This document shows, in pieces, positions 62,801 to 64,000 of a stretch of 64,000 nt of DNA. How positions within the stretch are numbered: position 1 is the first letter of the stretch; the number at the start of each line of letters is the position of its first letter. The DNA is from Lingula anatina (Eukaryota; Animalia; Brachiopoda). Location: assembly GCA_051362555.1 (NCBI GenBank), contig CM120644.1, forward strand, positions 1,868,954 to 1,932,953, given 5' to 3'. The notes beneath the pieces were generated by a model. The model did no database searches. It saw only the letters and a list, made by a program, of their open reading frames with translations, and had not been told where the DNA came from. Position numbers and translations under genes: made by a program.

Positions 62801-63650
62801 ATCGTTGAAAACCCAGGGTATAGTATTTGTCCGTCTGTCTGTCTGTCTGTTTGTCTTTCTGTCTGTCTGTTGGTCTGTCTGTCGGTTGGTTCAATTGTTT
62901 ATTTACTTAAGAATCGGTGTTTGCAGTATACTTCATATTATTCTTTTTCACCACTGTATCCAGCGATGCCACGCCTCCAAACGAACCGTTAAAGAACAGT
63001 TACATCCACGGGGCCAGCAGCGAGCCTCTAGTGGGACGCACGGTGTGGGAATGCCTGCAGGAAGCGGCCAGGGAAAAGCCGGACAGGGTAGCCATCAGGT
63101 TGCCGCAGTTTAGCCAAGATCTCACCTATAAAATGATATGTGACAAGGTATGTTCGTGCATAGTGAAAAGACTGGTCCAGAACCTAGTTAGGTGGAAGGG
63201 GGATGTTAGCGATCTAAGAGTTAATTCATTTTTTTAAATTACCACCCTGGGTCAAATTTGTGCACCCCGAGGGGGAAGTTGACACACATACTAAAATCCA
63301 AAAGATGTATATATTTTCTTTTTTTGTGCATTTTACTCGATAAACTGAGTAACAGAAACAACTGAAAACTTGCGTCGTCCCTGCGGGGGTACAGTCATTA
63401 AATTTCTGCTCCATTGGGACGACACATGGGGAGGCGTGTGAGAGGCTATTAAAAGATTAGGCGGTTTTTCTTTCATGTACGTCCACCATATTTAGTACCT
63501 AGGATTTGTAAAGCCTAGCTCAACTCGTTGTGAATGCGATCTTACACGATAAGTAAAAAAATCTATCTCATCTACCTTTGGTTATTTTGACAGAGGTTTA
63601 GTAATTACATTAGAATGAAAGTGTTGTTTTCTCCATCAGAGTCACCGTTG

Positions 63651-63691
<41 letters not shown>

Positions 63692-64000
63692 CGCGCACGC
63701 ACATTCACACACTCACAAACACACACACAAACGCACACACACACAAACGCACACACACGCACACACACATACACACTCTCACAAACACACACAGGCGCAC
63801 ACACATACACACACTCACAAGCACACACATACTCACAAACACAAACACACACGCACACACACATACATACATACATACATTCATACAAGCATACATATAA
63901 ATATATATATGTCTAAAGGTGGAACGGGGGACCACGAAAAGGGGCGGACTAGCCCATAACGTGACTTCTCCAATTGACAGAGGGAGGGTCAGATACGTGT
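59146..64000 (+). repeat. Segmental duplicate of about 35700-39190 with an internal duplication of the upstream region
   Basis: Long near-identity to the upstream region and intron 2 of copy B; 61335-62670 repeats the promoter-proximal block. Confidence 0.85.
62789..63147 (+). CDS. Exons 1-2 of acyl-CoA synthetase copy C (continues beyond the window)
   Basis: ATG at 62789 (MWKSIVENP); exon 62964-63147 ([16 protein letters not shown]...MICDK) is nearly identical to copies A and B. Confidence 0.8.

Overview
AT-rich animal (probably invertebrate) genomic DNA. The backbone is a + strand tandem array of intron-rich acyl-CoA synthetase (ANL superfamily, ACSF2-like) genes: the 3' end of copy 0, complete copies A and B (18 exons each; A is about 607 aa) and the 5' end of copy C. 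The main feature is an apparently intact 14,196-bp Polinton/Maverick (adintovirus-like) element at 3104-17299, with 217-bp TIRs and a 6-bp TSD, inserted 21 bp after the stop codon of copy 0. It encodes a tandem PC4-like/Zn protein, a single-BIR (IAP-like) protein, integrase, minor and major capsid proteins, a basic core-like protein, an adenain protease, a packaging ATPase, two conserved hypotheticals and a protein-primed PolB split by a GT-AG intron inside motif B. Most tightly packed rightward genes are preceded by splice-acceptor-like signals, which suggests an adenovirus-like spliced transcription unit. The window also holds two inverted copies of a CACTA/EnSpm-like element (one complete, 10.2 kb), a Tc1 element, Kolobok-like elements, several MITEs, minisatellites and tandem expansions of splice sites in the host genes. 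All family assignments come from motifs recognised by eye; no database searches were run.
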